Below, piece after piece: positions 47,536-58,027 of a stretch of DNA of 64,000 nucleotides; within the stretch, counting starts at the first letter, position 1; every line of letters starts with the position of its first letter. The position numbers and the translations under genes are program-made. The notes below the pieces were generated by a model that saw only the letters and a list, made by a program, of their open reading frames with translations, ran no database searches and had not been told where the DNA came from. Source of the stretch: Eubacteriales bacterium OttesenSCG-928-K08 (lineage in GTDB: Bacteria; Bacillota; Clostridia; Christensenellales; CAG-138); contig JAJDHH010000001.1 in NCBI GenBank assembly GCA_030266105.1, forward strand, positions 29,402-93,401, written 5' to 3'.

Positions 47536-47567
47536 GAAGGGCGCACTTATACATTCTTCGAATGTGT
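47536..47567 (-). other. oriT (MOBQ-type nic region)
   Basis: The minus strand reads ACATTCGAAGAATGT-A-TAAGTGCGCCCT. That is an inverted repeat followed by the TAAGTGCGCCCT nic core known from RSF1010/R1162-type and pIP501-type oriTs. Confidence 0.7.
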
Positions 47568-47878
47568 GCGCCCGCACGTCGCAATACTCTCCGCTTATCG
47601 CTTTGGTCTGCGCCCAAAGCTTAACGCTTCGAGATTGCTCCTCTTTCCCGCAAAAGCTTGCTTTTGCGGGAGCCCTTTTGCGGGGTGTGACGGGCTTCGC
47701 CCGTACCTGCACGTTGTGCAGGTAATACGGCAACGCTTTTTTTGCGTTGCCTGCTTATTCGTGCATCACAAAAAATGCGATGCACGAATAAGATATAGAA
47801 AAAGCAAGGAGCAGCCTCGAAGCGCTGAATTTCAGCCGTCCTTGGCTGAAATGATTAAGCGAAGAGTGATGTGACGAT

Positions 47879-49303
47879 ATGGCAATTTATCACTGTAGTG
47901 TAAAAATCATAAGCAGAAGTGCGGGGCGCTCTAGCGTTGCCGCCGCTGCCTATCGTTCGGGTGAAAAATTGCATAATGAGCGTGATGGGTTGACGCATGA
48001 TTACACGCGAAAATCGGGTGTTGTTCATAACGAAATTATCTTGCCGGAAGGTAGCCCGACTGAATTTCGAGATAGGTCTATTCTTTGGAACGCTGTGGAG
48101 AAAGCCGAAAAGCGGATTGATGCACAGACGGCACGAGAGGTTGAAATTGCATTGCCTGTGGAGTTTAGCTTGCAGGAGCAAATCGAGGTTTTGAGGGAAT
48201 ACGTGCAGGATAATTTCGTCTCAAAGGGGATGTGTGCGGATGTGGCTATTCATGAAGGGGCCCCCGCAAAAGCCCAGCGTAGCGGGTTTTGTGGGGAAAA
48301 GGAGCAGCAGTGCCGTGAGCGAGGTGTTGGGGCGGATTTTGCCCCAACACGAGAGGACGGGCACTTGTTGCGACGTAATCCTCATGCTCACATTCTTTTG
48401 ACGATGCGGGAGGTTACACCTTCCGGCTTTGGCAAGAAAAATCGGGGCTGGAACGACAAGGCGCATCTTGAAAAGTGGCGGGAAAATTGGGCAGATGTTT
48501 GCAATACGCGTTTATTGGCAAAGGGTCATGAACGTATCGATTACCGTTCATTAGAGGCGCAAGGGATAGACCGCGAGCCGACTATTCATGTGGGATACAG
48601 CGCTTTGGCTATCGAAGCGAAGGGGCGAACAAGCGAAAGAGCGCAGGAAAACCGCGCAATCATCGAGCGAAACAAAGGCATGAACGCCCACGAATTAGCC
48701 GAATATCTGCATGAGCTAAAAGCCTGCCACGCAATTTTGGATAAACAAATCATGGCGATAAAGCAAGAAGAAGCAAGCCGGAAGGATAATTTGCGGCGGC
48801 TTTATTGCAGGGCGGAAGATATCGAGGAACAGGCGACAGACATTCGCGCGCTTGGCGAAAAGATTGCAGAGCTTGAAACGAAAAAGCAGGGCATGGGGCT
48901 GTTCCAGAGCAAGAAGGAGATAAACACTCAAATTAGCGGGCTTTATGATTCCCTTACTCGTGCACAGGATCACTTTGTGCGCGAGTTTCGCATATCACAC
49001 GAATATGCGGAGCATGAAATAACGCGCATCACGGCCGAGGCTGCGGCTTTGCGCCAAATGCCGGAAGCAGACTTTAAGACGCTTTTAGACAACCGCCATG
49101 AAATTGAGAAGGAATACCGCGCGTTTACTATGATTGCACAAATGCGCGAGGATAGAAAAGATATTGCAGACACATTAAAACGCCTGCACAAGGAAGAGGC
49201 GGCGCATTCGGTCAAAGACATGCTTGCCCTATCGAACGCCGAGCGTAAGCTCAGCGAGAAGGCGAAGGGCAACAGGTTGCCAACGCACGGGCGAGAACGA
49301 TAA
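47879..49303 (+). CDS. MobA/MobL-family (MOBQ) relaxase
   Basis: MAIYHCSVKIISRSAGRSSVAAAAYRSGEKL (catalytic Tyr region) and NPHAHILLT (HxH metal site), with a long coiled-coil C-terminus. Confidence 0.9.
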   Translation: MAIYHCSVKIISRSAGRSSVAAAAYRSGEKLHNERDGLTHDYTRKSGVVHNEIILPEGSPTEFRDRSILWNAVEKAEKRIDAQTAREVEIALPVEFSLQEQIEVLREYVQDNFVSKGMCADVAIHEGAPAKAQRSGFCGEKEQQCRERGVGADFAPTREDGHLLRRNPHAHILLTMREVTPSGFGKKNRGWNDKAHLEKWRENWADVCNTRLLAKGHERIDYRSLEAQGIDREPTIHVGYSALAIEAKGRTSERAQENRAIIERNKGMNAHELAEYLHELKACHAILDKQIMAIKQEEASRKDNLRRLYCRAEDIEEQATDIRALGEKIAELETKKQGMGLFQSKKEINTQISGLYDSLTRAQDHFVREFRISHEYAEHEITRITAEAAALRQMPEADFKTLLDNRHEIEKEYRAFTMIAQMREDRKDIADTLKRLHKEEAAHSVKDMLALSNAERKLSEKAKGNRLPTHGRER

Positions 49304-49371
49304 AAAAGGTGTTATCCAGTTCCTAACATGAATAGGTATAGCTATTCATGTTGGCGGGAGGATGTGTAACT

Positions 49372-50868
49372 ATGGGCAGTCCACACGAAGAAGGGATAAA
49401 AATATTTTTGTCTATTATTCGAGCTATCTTCAAGCCGGTGTTAAAGCTCCTGTGGTTCACAGGGCTAATATTTCCGGTTATTTATTCGTTGTGGTTTGAA
49501 GAATCTGAATTGGCATTAAACATTTCATGGATTCTAGCTATTATTTTGTTTATCGTAAACATAGTCAGATGGTGGGGCAAAAAAGGGGCGCATCCTGTGA
49601 AGGAAAAGAAACGCACACAGCCGAAAGTTAACGATATACTGACGAGCGACACGCCCCATGGTGTGATATTTGGCAGGAAACAGCACAAATATATCGTGAA
49701 ACCGGAGGGGATTGACGGGCATGTGTTAACCGTTGGCGGTGTGGGAAGCGGGAAAAGTTCTTGTATTGCGATCCCAACCCTCAAAGGCTGGAACGAGCGC
49801 GTGTTTGTGATAGATATCAAGGGCGAGCTATATGAAAATTCATCGAAGGAACGCCAGGCGGTGAAGGTGTTTAATCCGTTGGATGAACACTCTTGCGGGT
49901 TTGATCCGTACTACCTTCTAAAAACCAGCCACAACCCGCCGCAGGAGGCAAAGGCGATTGCGCAGGCGATCATCCCTCTGCCGCCAGATGTGAAAGACCC
50001 GTTTTGGATCGAAAGCGCGCAAAACATACTAACAGCGGCGATATTGCACTATTCTAGTCTTGGACTTTCCTTCTTGAAAACGGTCGAGGCTATGCTAACA
50101 CCGTCTCCCGCGGGATTGATCGAAGAATTGTCAAACAGCCCGCAAATGGCGGCGCGGCTGTATGTGTCCAGCTTTGTGGATGCGGATAACAGGCTTTTGT
50201 CTAGCGTTATGACAGAGCTTGATAGGAATATCATCCCATTTGTGACCGACCGAAACCTAATTTCCTGCCTGTCGCGCAAAAGGAACATCACCCCCGCAAA
50301 CTTAGAGCGCGGGTATGACATTTTTGTGCATATCCCGGAACACCTTTTAAGGCAGTGGAAGCCGCTTTTAACCTTGATCGTCAACCAGTTTTTAACCTAC
50401 TTCGAAAGGCGCGATGAAAAAAGCGCAAGCCCGATCCTTTTTCTGCTAGACGAGTTCCCCCGCCTAGGCAAAATCAGCGCAATGCTGGACGGCTTGGCAA
50501 CCTTGCGCTCGAAAAAGATCACGATCTGCCTGATAATCCAAAGCCTAGCGCAGTTAGACACGATCTATGGCACGAATGCGCGCAAGGTCATCGCCGACAC
50601 ATGCGCCTACAAGGCGATTCTAGGCGCAACGGACGCCGAAACGCAGGAGTATTTTAGCCGCTTGGTCGGCACATTTGAGAAAACAAAGCACTCAAAAGGC
50701 ACACAGACCGACCCATATTTAGGCACACCGCGCGGCAAAACCAAAAGCACCACAACGGAAGAAAAACGTATCATCAAACCGGAAGAGTTCGCCACCCTAA
50801 ATGATATCGTGCTCCTAACCCCCTACGGCTACTGCCGAGTGGATAAAGCACCGTATTATTCGGGATAG
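49372..50868 (+). CDS. type IV coupling protein (VirD4/TraG family)
   Basis: N-terminal TM helices, Walker A VGGVGSGKSS, Walker B LFLLDEFPRLGK. ATG at 49372 after GGGAGGA. Confidence 0.88.
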   Translation: MGSPHEEGIKIFLSIIRAIFKPVLKLLWFTGLIFPVIYSLWFEESELALNISWILAIILFIVNIVRWWGKKGAHPVKEKKRTQPKVNDILTSDTPHGVIFGRKQHKYIVKPEGIDGHVLTVGGVGSGKSSCIAIPTLKGWNERVFVIDIKGELYENSSKERQAVKVFNPLDEHSCGFDPYYLLKTSHNPPQEAKAIAQAIIPLPPDVKDPFWIESAQNILTAAILHYSSLGLSFLKTVEAMLTPSPAGLIEELSNSPQMAARLYVSSFVDADNRLLSSVMTELDRNIIPFVTDRNLISCLSRKRNITPANLERGYDIFVHIPEHLLRQWKPLLTLIVNQFLTYFERRDEKSASPILFLLDEFPRLGKISAMLDGLATLRSKKITICLIIQSLAQLDTIYGTNARKVIADTCAYKAILGATDAETQEYFSRLVGTFEKTKHSKGTQTDPYLGTPRGKTKSTTTEEKRIIKPEEFATLNDIVLLTPYGYCRVDKAPYYSG

Positions 50869-51028
50869 GAATGTAATTATTAGGTTAAAAGTTTTCTCCA
50901 TTTATTGCTAATATGTAGCGTGTTTGATATACTTATTTACGATAGATAAAATAGAAATATTGTGTGTTTCCTTAATGCCTCGAGGCATTTCCAACTACCT
51001 TTAATGTTCTACGAAAGGGATAACACAA

Positions 51029-52510
51029 ATGAAAAAACGTGCTATTTCGCTGATCCTGGCGTTTTGCATGCTGGTTGCATTGTTGCCAACCATCACTTTT
51101 GCGGCAACGAGTGACGGTTATGGGTATCGAGTTTTATCGGACGGAACGGTAGAGATTTCAAGTTATAGCGGCAAAGGCGGTAAGGTAACGATTCCTTCCA
51201 CCATTGACGGTATGCCTGTAACGCGCATCGGGGAATGGGCATTTTCCGGATGGGAAGAAGGGTTGACAAGCGTAACCATCCCTGAGGGCGTAACGCATAT
51301 TGGTGAATCCGCATTCGATAAGTGCTTTGATTTGAAAAATGTAAGTATCCCCGAGAGTGTTGTTTACATAGGCGCAGATTCCGGAATCCCAATTCCCTCC
51401 GGTCATTCTGGAGATTTCTTTATCGTAAACGATATCTTAGTCAGGTATACAGGGACAAGCTTAGATGTCGTCATTCCCGATGGGGTAAAATCTATTTCTT
51501 CTGCTTTTTCAGAGAACTACCCCCTTTGGGGGGAAGATGGGGTTGACCTTAGAACTATTACAAGCGTGTCTATTCCAAATAGTGTGGCCAGCATTGGAGA
51601 CAGAGCTTTTTGGACGTGTTTTGACTTGGAAGAGGTAAAAATCCCCTACGGAGTAACAAGCATCGGAGATGGTGCATTTTTTCTTTGCAGGAACTTAAAA
51701 AGCATTACCATCCCCGCCACTGTAACCTATATTGGTGATAACGCATTTTCAGGCGAAGAGGGATGGAATGTTTATCTCAAATCGGTCAATTTTGAAGGTA
51801 AACCGCCCCAAATCGGCGAGGAGGTATTTCATTATGCCGACCCCGATTTAACGCTATATTATCCTGCAATCTATGTCTTTCATTGGGCGCCAAACGGCGA
51901 AACTACTTGGAATGGGTATAGAATTGCACAGCTTGGGTCTGAGAGGAATGAAGAAAGGGCAGAAGACTGGAGAATGAGGGAGGAATGTCTTCAACTTTTG
52001 GAAGGCAAATATTCGGAAAAGGAATGGAAAAAAGCAACCAAAAATGGAAGAAAAGAAATGTTAATATCTTTATTTAATGATGTTAAAGAAATATTAAATT
52101 TAAGTGATAGTTGGAAAATATACTTTGAAGAACTCGGATTTTTCTATTATGGAAAGACTGATGCATATTTAAATGAAAATACTAATGAATATGAAAACAA
52201 GGTAATAATAGCCGATAAATTTGGATACACCAATTACTACCTCATGATGCGAACCGTTATCCATGAATGTAGGCATGCTTATCAACGGGAGGTAATACTT
52301 GGGGAAAACGACCATATAGTAAGCGACATGACAAGGCAAAAGTGGCTTGATAGTTCCTTGAAAGGTAAGTATATACATAATGATTCAATTAATAGCAGAC
52401 CATATTTTCAACAAGCAGTTGAATGGGATGCATATTATTTTGCCGGACAAGAAAATAAGCTTAAGGGTAAGACGGCAGATTATGCCGGTAGCTGGCCCAA
52501 TAAAATGTAG
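51029..52510 (+). CDS. secreted BspA-type leucine-rich-repeat protein with C-terminal HExxH domain
   Basis: Signal peptide. Repeated ...IPxxVTxIGxxAFxxCxxL... units. C-terminal VIHECRHAYQ zinc-metalloprotease-like motif. Confidence 0.8.
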   Translation: MKKRAISLILAFCMLVALLPTITFAATSDGYGYRVLSDGTVEISSYSGKGGKVTIPSTIDGMPVTRIGEWAFSGWEEGLTSVTIPEGVTHIGESAFDKCFDLKNVSIPESVVYIGADSGIPIPSGHSGDFFIVNDILVRYTGTSLDVVIPDGVKSISSAFSENYPLWGEDGVDLRTITSVSIPNSVASIGDRAFWTCFDLEEVKIPYGVTSIGDGAFFLCRNLKSITIPATVTYIGDNAFSGEEGWNVYLKSVNFEGKPPQIGEEVFHYADPDLTLYYPAIYVFHWAPNGETTWNGYRIAQLGSERNEERAEDWRMREECLQLLEGKYSEKEWKKATKNGRKEMLISLFNDVKEILNLSDSWKIYFEELGFFYYGKTDAYLNENTNEYENKVIIADKFGYTNYYLMMRTVIHECRHAYQREVILGENDHIVSDMTRQKWLDSSLKGKYIHNDSINSRPYFQQAVEWDAYYFAGQENKLKGKTADYAGSWPNKM

Positions 52511-52522
52511 GGGTGATGGTTC

Positions 52523-53044
52523 ATGAAAAAACTAATGATAATTATTGCTTTAATCTGTGCCGTTTGCTTTATTCTTCCCTTGCTAACATCTTGTAGCAGT
52601 GGGGGGTCTGAGACCGATAAAAACTTAGAAATTAGCAAGAGCAAGAATTTGTTAAAGGATACATTGATGGACAATAACTATCTAGTAGAGCTTATGGATG
52701 AAGATGAAAGTTTAACTGATGCTGAAGAAGGTCTTGATGAGGCTATGAAGGAATTGGCTGAAAAATTATTTCATCTAAACATTCGAAATATTAAAGAAAC
52801 GCATGTAGTTGGGCATGATGAAAATGGTTGGGAAATATCGGTTATTACTGATTCGGGTAGGGTCTACTGCTTAATATTAGACAAATATGGATTTCTTCTT
52901 CAGGCAATGAAGGACGATATAGTTGATGGCGAAGAAGTTTATTTTGATGCCACAGATGATCTTTCGGATAATTTCCTGTTTGAAGATCTTGAAGATGTGG
53001 AAAAACAAAGAAAATATTATAAAGAGCGCCAAAATGCTAAGTAA
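52523..53044 (+). CDS. acidic lipoprotein
   Basis: Lipobox LLTSC after a hydrophobic signal. The mature part is rich in D and E. Confidence 0.7.
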   Translation: MKKLMIIIALICAVCFILPLLTSCSSGGSETDKNLEISKSKNLLKDTLMDNNYLVELMDEDESLTDAEEGLDEAMKELAEKLFHLNIRNIKETHVVGHDENGWEISVITDSGRVYCLILDKYGFLLQAMKDDIVDGEEVYFDATDDLSDNFLFEDLEDVEKQRKYYKERQNAK

Positions 53045-53134
53045 TTAGTTGTTATAAGGTTTATATAGAGGTTAGGGTTCATAAAAAACTTCCAATTATA
53101 CATAATCGTCTTACCCCCCCTTTTTGTAGAATAA

Positions 53135-53780
<646 letters not shown>

Positions 53781-53782
<2 letters not shown>

Positions 53783-53940
53783 AGGTACACTTTTGCGAAA
53801 TGGCATCAAAACATGTTCCTTTTAACTAAAAATCAACATTTTATGTAATTTGAACGTAAATTTCATAAGAAAGCTGTTGAAAATACCATAATTATCCGTT
53901 ATAGTGATAAATATAACCGACTTCGCAAAAGTGTACCTTT
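53781..53940. promoter_or_regulatory. candidate invertible DNA element (19-bp perfect inverted repeats flanking a 122-bp promoter-bearing segment)
   Basis: AAAGGTACACTTTTGCGAA at 53781-53799 and its exact reverse complement at 53922-53940. Each site has internal dyad symmetry around GGTACAC. Confidence 0.6.
53877..53905 (+). promoter_or_regulatory. promoter inside the invertible segment, currently facing the downstream genes
   Basis: TTGAAA, 17 nt, TATAGT. Confidence 0.55.
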
Positions 53941-53996
53941 GCGGAATGGTTATATCCACCTTCGAAAAAACTAATTGTACGAAAGGAAACAGCAAC

Positions 53997-54464
53997 ATGC
54001 CATCAAACACCGAGACATTTCAGGGAGGACACAGTTGTTATTATCACTCTGGCTCTTTAGTGGTTGGGACTTGTGATATTTGTGGCAAGAATTTGTGCAG
54101 GGAATGCTTTGATGAGACACAAGGAATTTGTCCACAATGCGTGACTGATGTATTTAAAGAGAAAAGGCGAGAGCGAATAAAAAACCTTGTTATTGATGGC
54201 ATATTTACAGTTCTTATATTTCTTTCTATTATGCTTAATTCACTATTATTGGATGTGTCTTACATTCCGGTATACGTATTTGTGTTCAGTGTACTCATTT
54301 CTGGATGGTTGACAATTAACCGCTTTAGAAGATGGAGGCAGACAGAGGTAATATCGATATCTATAATAGGGATTTTTATAAAACTGATGATTTCTCTACC
54401 TGTTGGCGTGTTTACGCCAGTAATTTTAGTTTATGATATTGTTCTTTTATTGATGGGAAGATAG
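53997..54464 (+). CDS. zinc-ribbon membrane protein
   Basis: CDICGKNLCRECF...CPQC followed by four hydrophobic helices. ATG at 53997. Confidence 0.6.
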   Translation: MPSNTETFQGGHSCYYHSGSLVVGTCDICGKNLCRECFDETQGICPQCVTDVFKEKRRERIKNLVIDGIFTVLIFLSIMLNSLLLDVSYIPVYVFVFSVLISGWLTINRFRRWRQTEVISISIIGIFIKLMISLPVGVFTPVILVYDIVLLLMGR

Positions 54465-54644
54465 GCTCGCAGTTAAACGAAAGCTAATTTTTGGAATTTA
54501 CTATTGTAAAATTAAAGAATATATGGTAGAATTATGGTGTTAAATTCATTTCTAGATTAATGCCTGATTTTATACAACTTCATAGGACTAAACGGCGGTC
54601 ACTCTAATACTACTTGAGGAAAATGAGGAAGGAACTTTATTCCC

Positions 54645-57600
54645 ATGAAAGCAAGAAAAATTTTCTCTTTGGTTGTCGTGTTGGCGATAATGGTTTCTGT
54701 CTTATGTCCTATGGCGACAATGGCGGCTCCCCCCGATGTTTCGGCGCGAAGTGCGTATGATTTGGTTGTTGGGGAAACATATGCCGAATTGTTCGGATAT
54801 GTTAATGCCAATAAGGGGATCGAGATTGAGGTACAGGGATTTGAGTATAAAAAAGCGTCTTCTGGTTCGTGGAAGGAGTGTGAACCGTATAAGCCGAAAG
54901 ATCCAGATGACAGAGAAATAAAGTACACACTAAGAGGGTTAGAGCCGGGCACAACCTATGATTATCGTGCCTTTGCGGTGAATGTAAACGGCGAAATTAG
55001 CCATTCTGCTTCTGTGCGCTTTACCACAAAATCCGTTTCAGACAATATAACGGTTAGCTCATTTAAAAACCATACCATCACAGAGGGCGATATTCTAAGG
55101 ATAGCATCGGGCAAGGTAACATCAGAAAGCAGCAACCTAACAATCGTTACGGTAAATGTCTATAGTGCATCAACAGGCGATATTGAAGCAACAGACAAAT
55201 ATCGGTTCAAAAACGTATAATCTTTCCGGCACAGAGCTAGACACCTCTAAGCTTAAAGCAGGAACATACGACTTGAATGTGTGGGCTAAAAATGCAACGG
55301 TGACCTCCCCCACAAGACCGCAATACACAGTCACCCTAACAGTTAAGGCAAAGGCAACACCAACACCAACACCGAAAGCTACGCCGACACCCACCCCAAA
55401 AGCCACTGCTACGCCGAAAGCAACGCCGACCCCCACAGTAACCCCAAAAGCTACCCCAATGCCTTCGGATAATATAACGGTAAGTTCGCTAATAAACTAC
55501 ACCATTACCGAGGGCGATATTCTAAGGATAGAATCGGGCAAGGTAACATCAGAAAGCAGCAACCTAACAATCGTTACCGTGAATGTCTATAGTGCCGCAA
55601 CCGGCGATATTGAAGCACGAAAGACCAATATAGGCGCAAAAACGTATAGTCTTTCCGGAACAGAGCTAGACACCTCTAAGCTTAAAGCAGGAACATACGA
55701 CTTGAATGTGTGGGCGAAAAATGCAACGGTGACCTCACCTACAAGACCGCAATACACGGTCACCCTAACGGTTAAGGCAAAGGCAACACCAACACCAACA
55801 CCGAAAGCTACGCCGACACCTACAGTAACCCCAAAAGCAACACCAACGCCGATAGTAACACCAACACCCACGCCGCTTTCGGATGAAATCTCAATTTATG
55901 GTCTTCAAAATCATACAATCATACAAGGCGAAAAACTGACCATAGCATCCGGCATGGTCACATCGCAAATAAGCGATTTATCAATGGTTACCGTAAATAT
56001 CGAAAATTGGGGTCTTGATAAGCGAACGGAAACTTCCGGCACAAGAATACATTTCCTTGAAGGCACGGTAGTTAACACTTCCAGCCTCCCCATCGGAACG
56101 TACACGGTTCAGGTGTGGGCAAGAAACGCAACATATGATGGAATAAAAATCGGCGTGTTTACGCTTTTTGTTAAACCAAATGAAAATGACAATATCACGG
56201 TTACCGGTCTATCGAACAGAACCATCACGGAGGGCGAAACACTTATATTGAATTCTGGTGTGGTAACATCGGGAAGCAGTGATTTAATTAAGGTCACGGT
56301 GAACACCTATAACCCGGAAACAGGCAGAGATATTGCAGCGCCTAAAAGCAATATAGGTGCAAAAACATATTCCCTCTTAGGCACAATCTTAGATACATCA
56401 ACCCTCAAAGCAGGCACGTATAATGTAAACGTTTGGGCGAGCAATGCGACCTATACAGGCGTGTTTCTTGACTCGTTTGTTTTGACGGTAAAGGCTGCCG
56501 CTCTAAATCCGCAGATTTCGAATTTCAAAGCCAGCAAAACCGTTATAACCGAGGGCGGAGATTTTTATCTTACCTACGATACAAATGCGGATGTGAAAAG
56601 TGTAAGAATATATGTTAATGGTGGGTTTTGGGCACCACAAACAATGAAAGAGGGTATATCAAGCTATTCAACAAGAATAATTGATTGGCTTACAGCCGGA
56701 ACGCATACCATTAAAATTTGCCCCATTGACAAAAATAGAGTGGAATACACAAGTCCGGACTATGTTAAGACGGTAGAGGTTACGGTTAAAGCTGCCCCCA
56801 AGCCATCCGCCCCAATAGGCAATTATTGTCCAACCACTGCAACAGGCGGACAGTATTATTCACTGTCGTGGCTAAAATCCGAGTTTGCAACTGGTTATGT
56901 CGTCAATTGGAGCTTTGAGGGAACAAGCGGGTCAAGCGGCTTGATTCATGACTTAGAGTATGGTTGGAATCTGGCCAATAAGCCCGGAACAATGTATGTA
57001 GATGTGTTTGCAATCAATTCCAGCGGTCAAAGCAGTGCATTGGCTGTTTCTGTTGCTGTGACGGCTGTTAAACTACAAAAGCCAACAATAAACGGTTATG
57101 AGGACAATAAGCAGATTCAACCTGGGGAATTTAAACTTTCCGGCACCTATGACGATGCAAACGTAATTGAAGTTAGCTTAAGAGATTTGAACTGCAATCC
57201 AAACGGTGCCCCGACCTTGATTGCGTCAAGCGAGAATTCGATAAATACGGTTTGGGTTACTCATGGTAAGCCAAATATTTGGGAATATACAATCCCTTCA
57301 TCGTATATACATGCTGGGCATAATTATCAAATTTGGGTTGAGGCGCAGGAGATTAAAGACAGCCCCCAAAATAATGGGATTTTGATGCGGTTTAATGTGT
57401 TTAATATATCACAAGATGGAATAACTAATGACGGAAAGTTTTCACCAATATGGCCAACACCTGGTTCGTTTAGAGTCAATAGCCTTGAATATTATCCGCA
57501 GAGTGGTGGAGCGCACCGATTGTCAATTGATATAGATGGAATAGTATCAAATAAAATTGTAGTGGCAATTGAAAAGGGTGTTGTTATTAATATTGTTAAC

Positions 57601-58011
57601 GGGTGTCAGCATAAAGGGATGAAAAATTGTGGTCATTCACAGGATGGCGCGAGTGGCAATAGTGTTTGGATATTACACGATAATGGATATACATCATTTT
57701 ATGGGCACTTGGAGTATGGCTCTATTGTTGTAAATAACGGTCAAAGAGTAAACAAAGGTCAAAAATTAGCACTGATGGGAACAACGGGGAACTCTTCAGG
57801 AGTACACCTTCATTTTCACGTTAAAGATAAAAAAGGCGGTAACCAATATCCGATTTTTAAAGATTATCTAAAACAATACGGAAATCAATTCACGTACCCA
57901 TTAATTAATGAATTTGATGGAAGTCAAGGGATCTTGCCTAAATCGAAAAAGCAAGAATATATTGATTGTTATGCAGGCATCCCTGATTATGTCTTTAGAA
58001 AATTCACTTAA
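54645..58011 (+). pseudogene. giant secreted surface protein (Fn3-like domain, four Ig-like modules with PT linkers, C-terminal M23 peptidase) interrupted by a frameshift near 55191
   Basis: ORF 54645..55220 has a signal peptide. ORF 55156..58011 continues the same repeat module in the +1 frame. Compared with repeat copy 2, copy 1 lacks 2 nt. M23 block: HDNGYTSFYGHL...GTTGNSSGVHLHFHV. Confidence 0.7.
55038..55878 (+). repeat. two near-identical tandem copies (about 0.42 kb each) of an Ig-like module plus (K)ATPTPTP linker
   Basis: Long identical stretches, for example gagggcgatattctaaggata...caggaacatacgacttgaatgtgtgggc. Two more diverged copies follow up to about 56500. Confidence 0.9.
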
Positions 58012-58027
58012 AGGAGACTTTTAAATA

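Noticed and set aside
47363-47874. Several 90-120-aa ORFs on both strands between the DUF3847-like gene and the relaxase gene
   Set aside because: They overlap mutually, have no ribosome-binding sites, and cover the oriT nic site and a cluster of hairpins. The region is better explained as cis-acting DNA.
55170-55871. Antisense ORFs encoding GVGVAFGV repeats (55170..55436 and 55587..55871)
   Set aside because: They are the reverse translation of the (K)ATPTPTP linkers of the surface protein.
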